From Candidatus Methanomethylicia archaeon (GTDB taxonomy: Archaea > Thermoproteota > Methanomethylicia > CALHIW01), in NCBI GenBank assembly GCA_038845975.1, contig JAWBQF010000002.1, forward strand, positions 1-64,000: DNA of 64,000 nt, in the 5' to 3' direction. This document shows, piece by piece, positions 10,517 to 21,043 of the stretch (position 1 is its first letter; each line of letters starts with the position of its first letter). The notes under the pieces were generated by a model. That model did not search any database. It was not told the origin of the DNA and worked only from the letters and a program-made list of their open reading frames with translations. Both the position numbers and the translations under genes were made by a program.

Positions 10517-10915
10517 ATGGGTTTAAATCAACTTTATGATGTAATATGGAGAGCTGTAAGAAGTGAAAACTATTTTAAAAACATTGTAGATTACATATTA
10601 TCATCTGGGATAGGTAGAGATAAAGTCTTAAACCTTACAGGTCAGTGGAGTAGTTTTAGCGAGAAACCAATATATTTAAGATTTAGCATACTTGTTAAAC
10701 TTATCTGCTTAGTCATAGTGGAGAATATGAAGTTAGTAGAGGAACTTAACGAATTTGATTCAGCTTTAAAGCTACTTGAAAAGCTTAGAGAAGACTTAAT
10801 AATGGAGGTTAACGAATATAAGGTTAGAAACTCATTAATTAATGAAACGCTAAATATTATAGAGGGAGTGATTGATAAATTGAAGATGCTAAGGAAAGCT
10901 AAAAGTACATTTTGA
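10517..10915 (+). CDS. Hypothetical helical protein
   Basis: 132-aa ORF with host-like codon usage and no recognised motif. Confidence 0.6.
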   Translation: MGLNQLYDVIWRAVRSENYFKNIVDYILSSGIGRDKVLNLTGQWSSFSEKPIYLRFSILVKLICLVIVENMKLVEELNEFDSALKLLEKLREDLIMEVNEYKVRNSLINETLNIIEGVIDKLKMLRKAKSTF

Positions 10916-11303
10916 GAAGCCTATTACTAGAGTTAGAGTTTACAATGATCCGCCCTACCTCAGCTCTAAAGACTCATAAATAGTTTCCGCTAACACTAGA
11001 TATATTGAGGCTACACATCATATCCTACTAGACGCTACCTAATATCTAGAAGTATCCATTCAGCTATACAATTCACTATGTATCAAATATGTTTTAGAAG
11101 CATTTAACTTTAATGGATTATGCCTTAACATTTCTATTAACGTATCACTACACTTATTAATACTGAATATATTCCTATAATCATTGTATTTATGAATAAG
11201 TATTAATAACTTCTGGAATTTACATTGCAAGCATAGAAACTATTTAGTTAGCTACAACATGCTATGACCATTAAGTTTTTAAGGGGGAATATAGTAGTCT
11301 AGT

Positions 11304-11693
11304 GTGATTAAGAAGGAAGTTATAGCAACAAATAAAGCTCCAATTCCGGTTGGACCATATTCCCAAGCTATAAGGGCAGGAAGCTTTATTTTTGTCGCTG
11401 GGCAGGGACCTATTGACCCAAGAACAAGACAGATTATAGGCAATACTATTGAGGAACAAACAGAAGTAACACTTAACAACATTAAGGCAATATTAGAGGA
11501 GGCAGGATCCTCAATGGAAAATGTTATTAAAGTAACCGTATACTTAAGCAATATAGAGGATTTTGACGCTATGAATAGGGTTTACAGTAAATTCTTTAGA
11601 GAGAACCCGCCTGCACGTACAACCATACAGGCTAAGCTATGGAAAAATATACTAATAGAAATAGATGCTATAGCTGTAATTCCGGATAAATAA
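11304..11693 (+). CDS. ridA: RidA/YjgF-family enamine/imine deaminase
   Basis: AP.PVGPYSQA, F.AMN.VY..FF, PPART, IEIDAIA. Confidence 0.93.
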   Translation: MIKKEVIATNKAPIPVGPYSQAIRAGSFIFVAGQGPIDPRTRQIIGNTIEEQTEVTLNNIKAILEEAGSSMENVIKVTVYLSNIEDFDAMNRVYSKFFRENPPARTTIQAKLWKNILIEIDAIAVIPDK

Positions 11694-11776
11694 ATCTACA
11701 TTTTAAACTATTCTATATTTTACATGTGTAAACAACATAATTTTAAAGTAAGAGTTATTAGGAATAAATCTATTTA

Positions 11777-12688
11777 GTGTTTGTGGGATTGGAAAGCATC
11801 TTTAAGGAGGCAGTTGAAGTAAAAGCCGAAGACTTCGCTTCCCTCATAGATAATGTAATAGACATTGTAAAGAAGGAAGAGATAGATTACGCCGAAATTA
11901 GAAATGGACTTGTAACTCTTGAACCTAGGGGGAAGTCCATAGTTATTGGAGATATTCATGGAGATTCATATACTCTAAGGGAAATACTTGAAACATCAAA
12001 GCTTACAACATACTTGAAGAATGAGGGAAAGCTTATATGTTTAGGAGACTATGGAGATAGAGGATTTGACTCCTTAACTGTTTACTATATACTCTTGAAG
12101 CTTAAAGAGTTAAACTCTAGGAAAATTATTCTATTAATAGGTAATCATGAAGGAGCATTTAAAATTCCAGTTCATCCCCATGACATCATAGAGCAGATTT
12201 ATTTAAGATTCGGTGAGGAATATAGTGAAATATATGAGAAGCTTATAACATTATGGAGTTATTTGCCATATACTGTAATTATTCCTGGAAAATATATACT
12301 CCTACATGGTGGAGTACCTGCAGAGCTTAATAGCATAGATGAAATACCTGAAGCAAGAGAGAAATATCCTTTAAATAGTATGTTTGAGGAAATTCTTTGG
12401 AGTGATCCAATAGATGAAGTTGGAGTTTACCCATCACCTAGAGGAGCAGGTAAGCTTTTCGGTCCAGACATAACTAGAAAAGCTTTAAACATTGTTAATG
12501 CTAAAACACTTATAAGAAGCCATGAACCCTGTATTGAAGGTGTAGAACCAAAACAGGAAAACCTAACACTAACCGTATTCTCATGTAAGGGTATATATTA
12601 CAATAGAAATGCAGCATACCTAATAGTAAATCTTGAAGAGGAAGCTAAAAACAGCTATGAACTAGCTATGAAAGCAGTTAAACTATAG
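11777..12688 (+). CDS. PPP-family Ser/Thr protein phosphatase (metallophosphoesterase)
   Basis: GDIHG, GDYGDRG, GNHE, HGG, LWSDP, SPRGAG, RSHE. Confidence 0.9.
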   Translation: MFVGLESIFKEAVEVKAEDFASLIDNVIDIVKKEEIDYAEIRNGLVTLEPRGKSIVIGDIHGDSYTLREILETSKLTTYLKNEGKLICLGDYGDRGFDSLTVYYILLKLKELNSRKIILLIGNHEGAFKIPVHPHDIIEQIYLRFGEEYSEIYEKLITLWSYLPYTVIIPGKYILLHGGVPAELNSIDEIPEAREKYPLNSMFEEILWSDPIDEVGVYPSPRGAGKLFGPDITRKALNIVNAKTLIRSHEPCIEGVEPKQENLTLTVFSCKGIYYNRNAAYLIVNLEEEAKNSYELAMKAVKL

Positions 12689-12697
12689 ATAGTAATA

Positions 12698-13012
12698 CTA
12701 CTTGAAGAGATCATCAATATTTTGAATTACATATTCGCTCTTAATCTTACCACCATCAAACTTAACACCCTCCAGCTTTAAAAGCTTCTCCTTGATTTTA
12801 ATCCCCATACTATAGCCTCCAATTTCACCATTACTTTTAACAACTCTATGGCAGGGAATTATAGGAGCGTTTTCGTTATCCCTCATGATTTTACCAATAA
12901 GCTTAGGACTTACATTAAAAGCTCTTGCTAAAGCTCCATAGGTTATAACCTTCCCAGCTGGAACCATTAATAGAATAGCATATACAGCCTCCTTTAAACT
13001 ACTATACTTCAT
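12698..13012 (-). CDS. ogt: O6-methylguanine-DNA methyltransferase (catalytic domain only)
   Basis: TYG.LA HTH, PCHRVV active site, GGYS.G...K..LL..EG. Confidence 0.88.
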   Translation of the reverse strand: MKYSSLKEAVYAILLMVPAGKVITYGALARAFNVSPKLIGKIMRDNENAPIIPCHRVVKSNGEIGGYSMGIKIKEKLLKLEGVKFDGGKIKSEYVIQNIDDLFK

Positions 13013-14301
13013 AAGTTACCACTACTCCTATCTCTTCTTAACGATATTCTTGCTGTAAGAATTCTCTCGGTTGTAAACAATCTTGCCGCTACATAAAGGA
13101 TTACTAATGTAAAAACTGTTATGTAGATTATTCCAGCATAGGCTATTGAATAGTCACCTATAAGTCCACTTCTAGTAGCTATCATTGGATAGCTAAACGG
13201 TATAGCATACATTAATATTTTAACTGTAAGCGGTAACGCATTCATATCTGAAAACATAGCTATTATACCCGGTATAATAATTAACGGTATCATATAACCT
13301 ACGAGTGTCTGAGCACTTCTTACATCTTCAGCAAACACAGCTATTATAATTGCTAAAGCTAGGGAAGCTACAAGAGTTATAAATATTAGTAAGCCTATAA
13401 CTACGTGGAAGCTTAATGACGGAAATAAAATAGGAATATTTAATTGTTCTGGAGCATACTCCATAAATGAACTCATATAGTATCTAAAACCAATCATGTA
13501 GCTTATAGACCCTAAAGCAGCTATAATCGACGATCCTATAAGCTTACTACCTAGAATTGTTAATCTACCTACTGGAAGAGTTAAGAGAGTTTCTAGTGTT
13601 TTCTGCTCCTTCTCAATAGCTATGGAGGTTGCAGCAATCTGCACAGCGAATATTAGTATAATAAGTATTGCTACTGGAAGCATTGTTGATTGTGAGATAA
13701 GTAGTCCTAGAACTACTTGCGGATTAATATCTAAAACCTCACCTCTAAATACTGTACTATAAGATACTACTATAGGCTTCATTACGGTTTCAGGATTCCT
13801 ATTTGAAACTAGCTCACTTATAATTCGGTATGAAACCGTTTTTTCAATTATATCTATAATACTACCTAATACTCCACTAACTCCAGTACTTGCTATATTG
13901 ATTTCCCTTATAATTGAGAAGACATGAATGAAACCATTCTGACCTAAGGTAATATTTAATGTAAATCCTTTAGGTATAATTATTAATACTGAGGTGTTAA
14001 GCTCCATAGACCTGGCTAATACATTACTAATTGATATAGTATTAATCTCTACCAGGTTTATATTTGGAGTATTCTTTAAAGTTTCAATAATAAGGTTTGA
14101 GAATTTACCATCATCTAAATCTACAATAGCTATTGTAGATTTAGGATAGAGCTCTATTGAAGACTCCATCGATATCCTTATAGCTAAACCTATAACTGGA
14201 AACATGATTAATGGTATAAGTATCATACCTATAAGTATCTTAGGGTCTCTTAGAAGATCTTTAACCTCCTTAATTATTAGATTTAAACTTTTACTAACCA
14301 T
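13009..14301 (-). CDS. ABC-2 type exporter permease (NatB-like)
   Basis: KE.KD.LRD, EKE.KTLE.LL.LP, multiple TM helices. Confidence 0.88.
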   Translation of the reverse strand: MVSKSLNLIIKEVKDLLRDPKILIGMILIPLIMFPVIGLAIRISMESSIELYPKSTIAIVDLDDGKFSNLIIETLKNTPNINLVEINTISISNVLARSMELNTSVLIIIPKGFTLNITLGQNGFIHVFSIIREINIASTGVSGVLGSIIDIIEKTVSYRIISELVSNRNPETVMKPIVVSYSTVFRGEVLDINPQVVLGLLISQSTMLPVAILIILIFAVQIAATSIAIEKEQKTLETLLTLPVGRLTILGSKLIGSSIIAALGSISYMIGFRYYMSSFMEYAPEQLNIPILFPSLSFHVVIGLLIFITLVASLALAIIIAVFAEDVRSAQTLVGYMIPLIIIPGIIAMFSDMNALPLTVKILMYAIPFSYPMIATRSGLIGDYSIAYAGIIYITVFTLVILYVAARLFTTERILTARISLRRDRSSGNL

Positions 14302-15025
14302 TCATAGTCGCCCTTAAGAATACTTCTTCAAGATTTTCAACATTGTATTTATTTTTAAGCCTTTCAGGATTATCAATTTCTAAAATTCTACCTTTATCTA
14401 TTAAAGCAACTCTATCACAGAGAAACTCTATCTCAAGCATGTTATGGCTTGAAACAATAACTGTTACACCATATCTAGAAGCATAATCTCTTATTATCTT
14501 CCTTACATAGCTTGCATGTATAACATCTAGACCGCTTGTAGGTTCGTCAAGTATTGCAAGTTTAGGCTTAACCATTAATGCTCTAGCTAACAGAAGCCTT
14601 CTAAGCATACCTTTACTATATGTTTTCACCTTGTCTTTAAGTCTATTTCCAAGACCAGATATTTCAATAGCATTTTTAATCATATCCTCAATGCTTAACC
14701 CATTTTTCACATAGAAGCCAGCCATAAATCTAAGATATTCTAAACCTGAAAGATAACGATAACCGCCAGCTTCCTCAGGTAGATAACTTATAAGTTCTCG
14801 AACTCTACTAGATTCACTTACAACATCATATCCAAATACTCTTACAATCCCTGATGTAGGTTTAATTAATGTTGATAGAATTCTAAGCGTTGTTGTTTTG
14901 CCTGCACCGTTAGGACCAATAAGCCCAAAAACCTCACCATGATAAACATTAAAGCTTACCCTATCTAAAGCTACAGTTTTACCGTAAATCTTAGCAAGAT
15001 CCCTAACATCAACAGCAAATTTCAT
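14294..15025 (-). CDS. ABC exporter ATP-binding protein (NatA-like)
   Basis: GPNGAGKTT, YSKGM, LDEPTSGLD. Confidence 0.92.
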   Translation of the reverse strand: MKFAVDVRDLAKIYGKTVALDRVSFNVYHGEVFGLIGPNGAGKTTTLRILSTLIKPTSGIVRVFGYDVVSESSRVRELISYLPEEAGGYRYLSGLEYLRFMAGFYVKNGLSIEDMIKNAIEISGLGNRLKDKVKTYSKGMLRRLLLARALMVKPKLAILDEPTSGLDVIHASYVRKIIRDYASRYGVTVIVSSHNMLEIEFLCDRVALIDKGRILEIDNPERLKNKYNVENLEEVFLRATMNG

Positions 15026-15094
15026 AACCTACAATAACTAGCATGACTTATATATCTATCTGGAAATGAATGAAATTCACATTGATTATAGCTG

Positions 15095-16249
15095 CTAAGC
15101 TTCCTTAACTATACTTATATCTGCAAAGGCTTCTCCACTTAGCTTTTCAACTAATTTAAGAACTTCACTTCCAATTATAGTTTTACCTTTAAGCTCTAAG
15201 CTAGCTTCTCTAAGTCTTCTATTCCTATATATTAGCCTTATAATCCATTCTTTATCTTTTGGACTTACAACAACATAGTATACTCCATCACCAATTACTG
15301 ATTTTAACTCATCTATACATCTAGATGCTTCAACCCTTTTAACTTCAAGAAGCTCTGAATTTAATACTATTCTAGCTAGTTGAAGTGGATCAGTTAAACG
15401 TTTACCTTCTATCTCCTCCACTATGGGCTCTACGATCTTTAATGGTTCAGCTTTCTCTAGAGGCTTCATAGCTGCTTTACTAAGTGTTTCAATAAGTCTT
15501 GTAGCTGCTAGTAGCAGTTCACCTTGAATATTTCTTCCAGGAACACCGATAACTATGTTTTCAGGGATGTTTAAAGCCTTTGAAATTAGCTTCTCCCAGG
15601 TCTCCTCAGTTCTTGGTTTAGGTGTATGTTTTTCAGAGTCGTACTTGTAGAGTATTACTTGAACTATGTTTATATCCTTAATTGCTGTCTTTAAATCTTT
15701 AATCTTACTAAGATCCTCCTCATTCAGCTCCATCAATACCACTACATTCTTCAATATTCTCAATATAACTTTAGGAGTAAATGGATAAAAGTCTACAGTA
15801 GAATTTACAATTACATAATCATAATCCTTAACTAGAAGTAAATCCTTTAAAAACGCTTCAAGTCTCTCTCTAATCTCCTCCATTCCAATAAGTTTAAAAA
15901 GTCTAGAGGGAGACTCCACCATACCATATAGGCTACTTCCTCTTCTTGCCGGTAATAGGCTTATAGTAATATCTTTAGGTAGTTTTAATTTCGGATTTAA
16001 AACATGTAATTCATGAATAGCCTCCTTAAGCTTTACAGTACCGGTTAAGATGCTGAATAGTGTCCTCATACTTTCAGTTTCCAATACTAATAGGGACTCA
16101 GTTAATACTCGTCTCTCAATATCTAGATCTACAGCAAGAACTTTACCTTTACGAGCTATAGCGCAAACTAGATACGTACAGAGTTTATCTCTATCCTTAA
16201 ACTTCCTTGGAGATACGGTTACTAGAATATAAGGCATAAATTTTACCAC
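15095..16249 (-). CDS. ParA/MinD-fold protein with degenerate P-loop and extra C-terminal domain
   Basis: KGKVLAVDLD and YDYVIV motifs of MinD/ParA. The Walker A position reads SPRKFKDRDK. Confidence 0.6.
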   Translation of the reverse strand: MVKFMPYILVTVSPRKFKDRDKLCTYLVCAIARKGKVLAVDLDIERRVLTESLLVLETESMRTLFSILTGTVKLKEAIHELHVLNPKLKLPKDITISLLPARRGSSLYGMVESPSRLFKLIGMEEIRERLEAFLKDLLLVKDYDYVIVNSTVDFYPFTPKVILRILKNVVVLMELNEEDLSKIKDLKTAIKDINIVQVILYKYDSEKHTPKPRTEETWEKLISKALNIPENIVIGVPGRNIQGELLLAATRLIETLSKAAMKPLEKAEPLKIVEPIVEEIEGKRLTDPLQLARIVLNSELLEVKRVEASRCIDELKSVIGDGVYYVVVSPKDKEWIIRLIYRNRRLREASLELKGKTIIGSEVLKLVEKLSGEAFADISIVKEA

Positions 16250-16480
16250 TAATTTAAACTATATATAATAGAGTCTACCAATATATAAGTCTTAAGTGAA
16301 TAATTAGCATAAATTAGCTAGGATATAGTATAATGTTCCAGTAGGTTTTAAATAAGTTTTTATGAAGTAAACAATCTTTAAACTGATAGCTAACATTAAT
16401 CATTATAGGTCTTGTATAGTTTGAAGCTTCTATATTTTAACCTTTAAGATTTCTAAAGATAGTTAATTCTTAATCAATTA

Positions 16481-16494
16481 GAAAAGTTTATAAT
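16481..16494 (+). promoter_or_regulatory. BRE-TATA promoter of mttB paralog 1
   Basis: GAAAAG-TTTATAAT upstream of the GTG at 16524, with a GGTG RBS. Confidence 0.65.
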
Positions 16495-16523
16495 TACATA
16501 GTTTATCACGTACTGGTGTTAAT

Positions 16524-17978
16524 GTGAAACGGGGTGTTAAAGGAGGTATTATTAAGCTACTAAGTAGAGGAGAAATACTAGATATTCATTTATCAGCTAT
16601 TGAAGTATTAGAGGAGAAAGGGGTTAAGAGTAAATCAAAGAAAATACTTGAAATATTTAGAAATTGTGGAGCTGAGGTTGATTTTGATACTGGTTATGTA
16701 AGGATTCCTCAACATCTAGTAGAGGGGGCATTACGTAAATCACCAAGTAAAGTTATTCTCCATGGTAGAAGTGAGCAATACAGTATTCTACTAGAGAATG
16801 CTAGAGTATATTTTGGATTTGGGGGTACTCCAACACCATACATTAGAGATTTAGAAACTGGAGGTATTAGAAGACCTACAAAGAAGGATTTTGCTGAAGC
16901 TACAAGACTTGGAGATGCATTACCAAACATGGATTTCATAATGTCGATAGCTGGAGTATTTGATGTGCCTCCTGAATCAGAATATTTACATGAGTTTGAA
17001 GCTATGTTTAACAATACCGTTAAGCCAATAGTTTACTCGGCTCCAAGCGCATATTTAGCTAGGAGAGTAATGGAGATGGCTGCAATAGTTCTTGGAGGAT
17101 TCTACGAGTTGAGGAGAAAACCCATACTTGCACTATATAGTGAAACAGTTTCCCCATTAACTTTCGCTCAGGAAAACGAAGCTATGATAGAGTTTGCAAA
17201 TGAAAACATACCAATAGTTTTAGGTCCAGTACCAATGGCTGGAGCCACAGCGCCAATAACAGTAGGGGGAGCTACAGTTGTAGCTGTAGCTGAGGCTCTA
17301 GCTGCAATAACACTAATACAATCTGTAAAGCCGGGAGTACCAGTTATATATTCTGGCTGTGCAGCATTAATGGATCAGAGAACAGGTAGATTTTCGTATG
17401 GAGCGCCTGAGTTTGCATTAGGAAACATCGTACTTGCCCAAATGGCTCAATATTATGGTCTCCCATGTTTTGGATGGGGTGGATGTAGTGATAGTAAAGT
17501 TCCTGATGCTCAGGCAGGAGCTGAAGTAATGATGAATACTTTAGTTTCTGCTTTTTCAGGGATTAATCTTATTCATGACTTCGGTTATCTTGCAGGTGGA
17601 AGCATTGGATCAATGGAGATGGCTGTAATAGGGGATGAAGTTGCTGGAATAGTTAAGAGAATACTGAAAGGTGTAAGAATAGATGATGAAAGTCTAGCTG
17701 TAGACTTAATAAAAAACATCGGTCCTGAAGGACAGTTTATGTCTCAAAAACATACATTAAAATTCCTACGGAGAGAAGTATATACGCCAACACTATTCGA
17801 TAGAAAGCCTGAAAGCCTATGGCTAAGTGAAGGAGGAAGAGATATTGCAGTTATTGCAAGAGAAAAAGCTAAGAAAATACTTAAGGAACACGTTGTAGAA
17901 CCTCTACCAGAAGATATAAGAAAAAGTTTAAGTGACTTCGTGAAGAAATGCGAGAAAGAACTTATTAACAATAAATAA
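16524..17978 (+). CDS. mttB: Pyrrolysine-free MttB-superfamily corrinoid methyltransferase (paralog 1)
   Basis: IH...EVLE..G, GATAP.T..G, YGLP...GGCSDSK.PDAQAG.E, GP.G.F...HT. No in-frame TAG. Confidence 0.92.
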   Translation: MKRGVKGGIIKLLSRGEILDIHLSAIEVLEEKGVKSKSKKILEIFRNCGAEVDFDTGYVRIPQHLVEGALRKSPSKVILHGRSEQYSILLENARVYFGFGGTPTPYIRDLETGGIRRPTKKDFAEATRLGDALPNMDFIMSIAGVFDVPPESEYLHEFEAMFNNTVKPIVYSAPSAYLARRVMEMAAIVLGGFYELRRKPILALYSETVSPLTFAQENEAMIEFANENIPIVLGPVPMAGATAPITVGGATVVAVAEALAAITLIQSVKPGVPVIYSGCAALMDQRTGRFSYGAPEFALGNIVLAQMAQYYGLPCFGWGGCSDSKVPDAQAGAEVMMNTLVSAFSGINLIHDFGYLAGGSIGSMEMAVIGDEVAGIVKRILKGVRIDDESLAVDLIKNIGPEGQFMSQKHTLKFLRREVYTPTLFDRKPESLWLSEGGRDIAVIAREKAKKILKEHVVEPLPEDIRKSLSDFVKKCEKELINNK

Positions 17979-18170
17979 TAATGATTTTAACTAAAACATT
18001 TTTATATTAGAGTCATTTATAGCATTCCAACACATAGTGTTAGAAATCATAATTCAATACTGGACTTGTAGGTATTGCTAGATTTAGATTTTCTTAACAT
18101 AGCGTACTGTTAGACTTCATTATTGGATAAAAATAAATTTATATTAGCGTTTTAAACTAGGCTTGGTGAA

Positions 18171-19136
18171 ATGATGATACCCTACATAACCTATGTTGGA
18201 TCTTTCCCGCTCGACTACTCTAGAGAAAACTTTGAAAGAGTTGTTATGGATGTAGTATCTATTGGTGTAAACTATCCAGCACTTCCAAAGCTTAAGGAGT
18301 TCGTTAGAATGTTTATGGATCCATTGATTGAGGTGGATGTTGTAAGAACGGTTTCAGGAGGATATATTGTAAACGATACTAGTAAATTCTCTATTGCTAA
18401 ACCATATGTTCAAGAATATGTTTGGGCAATGGATTTAATTAAAAGGATGTTTAAGGATAAGCTTTACGGAGTAAGAGCAGCTGTTACAGGTCCATTTACG
18501 CTTGCATCCCAAATATATAGAAGTGAGAAGACAAGTTTAACTAATAGTATGTTGGCAGATAGGGACTTTATTGGAGAGCTTGTAGACTACGTTGCTTCAG
18601 CAGTAAAGTTCGTTGAGGACCTAGGAGTAACACTCATAGAATTAACAGAGCCTATACTTTCAGTAATTGTTGGAGGAACATTAATAATGTTTAAATATAC
18701 TAGTACTGAAATAATTGATATTTTAAGTAGGGTATTTAAAGCAAAATGTTTAAAAGCTATACATGTATGTGGACCAATATCACCAAAACTAGCAGATATA
18801 CTTCTAAATAGTGAAGTTAAAATTCTCGACCATGAACATAGTGATATTCCTAGAAATTTTGAAGTATATTCAAGAGAACTACTGGAGAAACATGATAAGT
18901 TCATTGCTGTAGGGGTTGTATCATCAAAGAATCCTAAAATTGAAGATATTAACAATGTAAAGAGTCTTATAGATAAATCCATAGCTACCTATGGCGATAG
19001 AGTATTTGCCTTTAAGCCTGATTGCGGATTTGCAGGGTTGAAGGGTTTTTTTAAGAGTAATGAAGAAGCATATAGAGTATCTATTGAAAAACTTAAATTA
19101 ATAGTTCAGGCACTAAATGAATCTAGAATACTCTAA
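18171..19136 (+). CDS. Cobalamin-independent methionine synthase catalytic-domain (MetE core/MesA-like) methyltransferase
   Basis: VGSFP, TGPFTLA, EP, Zn ligands HVC and PDCG, GVVS. Confidence 0.8.
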   Translation: MMIPYITYVGSFPLDYSRENFERVVMDVVSIGVNYPALPKLKEFVRMFMDPLIEVDVVRTVSGGYIVNDTSKFSIAKPYVQEYVWAMDLIKRMFKDKLYGVRAAVTGPFTLASQIYRSEKTSLTNSMLADRDFIGELVDYVASAVKFVEDLGVTLIELTEPILSVIVGGTLIMFKYTSTEIIDILSRVFKAKCLKAIHVCGPISPKLADILLNSEVKILDHEHSDIPRNFEVYSRELLEKHDKFIAVGVVSSKNPKIEDINNVKSLIDKSIATYGDRVFAFKPDCGFAGLKGFFKSNEEAYRVSIEKLKLIVQALNESRIL

Positions 19137-19834
19137 ATTCCAAGATATACCTTTCTAATATACTCTGATTTTAACATTTCATCTCCGGTACCTTCAAGTA
19201 CAATTCTACCTTGCTCCATTAAGTATCCTCGATCAGACATTTTAAGAGCGCTTTCTACATGCTGTTCAACTATAAGTATACTTACTCCTTCATCTTTAAT
19301 TCTTTCAACTACTTTAAAAAGCTGAGATACTAGCTTAGGCATTAAGCCAAGAGACATTTCATCAATCATTAATAGTGAAGGCTTTAACATTAATGCACGG
19401 GCTACTGCTAGCATTTGCTGTTCGCCACCACTTAGAGTCCCAGCAAGCTGATTCCTACGCTCCTTCAGTCTTGGGAAAAGCTGGAAAACAAATTCTAATG
19501 TATCTCTAATCTCACTTCCACTCTTCAAGTAAGCCCCCATCAATAGGTTTTCATAAACAGTTAACTTCTCAAATAGCTGTCTACCCTCGGGAACAAGACC
19601 TATACCTAGCTTAGCTATTTGATGTGGTGAAAGCTTATCAATTCTAGTATTGTTAAACGTAATTGAACCATCTACAGGTTTAAGTAGGCCGGATATTGTT
19701 TTAAGCGTTGTTGTTTTACCTGCACCGTTAGGACCAATAAGTGCAACGCTTTCCCCCTTCTTTACGGTTAGGGAGACACTTCTCAAAGCCTGAAACTTAC
19801 CGTAAAATACATTAATATTATTAACTTCAAGCAT
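19133..19834 (-). CDS. livF: Branched-chain amino acid ABC ATPase LivF-like
   Basis: GPNGAGKTT, VPEGR, FPRLKER, LSGGEQQM. Confidence 0.92.
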   Translation of the reverse strand: MLEVNNINVFYGKFQALRSVSLTVKKGESVALIGPNGAGKTTTLKTISGLLKPVDGSITFNNTRIDKLSPHQIAKLGIGLVPEGRQLFEKLTVYENLLMGAYLKSGSEIRDTLEFVFQLFPRLKERRNQLAGTLSGGEQQMLAVARALMLKPSLLMIDEMSLGLMPKLVSQLFKVVERIKDEGVSILIVEQHVESALKMSDRGYLMEQGRIVLEGTGDEMLKSEYIRKVYLGI

Positions 19835-19842
19835 ATAATCAC

Positions 19843-20589
19843 CTAGAACACGTATTTTTCACCTAGATAAGCTTCTATAACAGCTTCATTATTGGCTATT
19901 TCCTTAGGAGCTCCTTCAGCTATCTTCTGCCCATAATGTAGTACAATGAGTCTCTGAGCTACATTCATTATAAACCTCATGTTATGATCTACTACAAGCA
20001 CTGTAACACCAGTACTATTAAGCTTTCTTATTAGGTCAATCATTATTGAAAGCTCTGAAGGATTTAATCCAGTAGCAGGCTCATCAAGTAAAATAAGCTT
20101 TGGATCTGTTAGTAGAGATCGAGCTAGCTCTACACGTTTCATTTCAACAACGTTTAGGCTTCCAGCAACTATATCCTTCTTTTCAATGGGGAAACCTACA
20201 AACTTAAGGGTTTCCAAAGCTTTTTCTCTAGCCTCCTTAAAACTTGAAAGATTCTTCCTACCAAACATTGCTCCACTCATAACGTTTTCAAGTACAGTCA
20301 TATTAACGAATAAACGAGTTATTTGAAATGTTCTAGCAATACCCTTCTTACATATAAATTCTGGTTTAAGACCAGTAATATCACTACCTTCAAAAAGTAT
20401 CCTACCACTATCAGGCTTATAGATTCCATTAATTACATTGAGGAGAGTTGTCTTACCGGCTCCGTTAGGACCAACTAAACCTAGAATTTCACCATTATAT
20501 AAGTCAAAGCTAACATCATTAACGGCAACAAGTCCACGAAACTTCTTAGTAACGTTTGCAATCTTTAATATAGAATCGTTTCCACTCAT
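19843..20589 (-). CDS. livG: Branched-chain amino acid ABC ATPase LivG-like
   Basis: GL.AV.DVS, GIARTFQ, LDEP..GL, V.EAYLG. Confidence 0.92.
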   Translation of the reverse strand: MSGNDSILKIANVTKKFRGLVAVNDVSFDLYNGEILGLVGPNGAGKTTLLNVINGIYKPDSGRILFEGSDITGLKPEFICKKGIARTFQITRLFVNMTVLENVMSGAMFGRKNLSSFKEAREKALETLKFVGFPIEKKDIVAGSLNVVEMKRVELARSLLTDPKLILLDEPATGLNPSELSIMIDLIRKLNSTGVTVLVVDHNMRFIMNVAQRLIVLHYGQKIAEGAPKEIANNEAVIEAYLGEKYVF

Positions 20590-20641
20590 AATTTTCAGTT
20601 TAATTAAAGTAGATACTTATAAGGTTTTCTCAGTAATTATG

Positions 20642-20700
20642 AGCTTTGTTAACTTTAAATATGAGAAGCACATGTAGCTGATGGCCTAAGTTCACAAGTC
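20642..20700. mobile_element. ~59-bp miniature element with IS6-type ends (mini family B)
   Basis: AGCTTTGTTAACTTT...TAAGTTCACAAGTC. Homologous to 39911-39970, 53131-53188 and 35102-35156. Confidence 0.75.
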
Positions 20701-20877
20701 ACTCCTAACAATAATAAAACTTAAAATATCTGAAGCCATTCTAAATGAACAAAAATATATAAGCACCATAAAGCTAGAGTAAACGGAGTTCTCTCTAAAT
20801 AAATCTAACAGCTTTAAACATAAACTCACCATAAATAAGGGAGGGAAAACAAGATAAAGTTAAAGTTCACAAAATCC
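20701..20877 (-). mobile_element. Right-end remnant of an IS6 family A element
   Basis: Aligns with 205-376 and 7015-7188. Ends TAAAGTTCACAAAATCC. Confidence 0.72.
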
Positions 20878-21043
20878 AGTAATGCTTATTTAACTTATAC
20901 TATTCATATGAATATTTCATTATCTTAATATAGCAGGGATTAGGAAATAATCTGAATTTATCGAGTTTAAGATGTAACAAATATGTCGAATGAAATCTTA
21001 CAGTTTACGTAATATTTATAGTTATAAAGTATATACTATTTAG

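Noticed and set aside
10945-11060. Possible IS200/IS605 end hairpin remnant
   Set aside because: Only faint resemblance, and no tnpA or tnpB relic could be read confidently.
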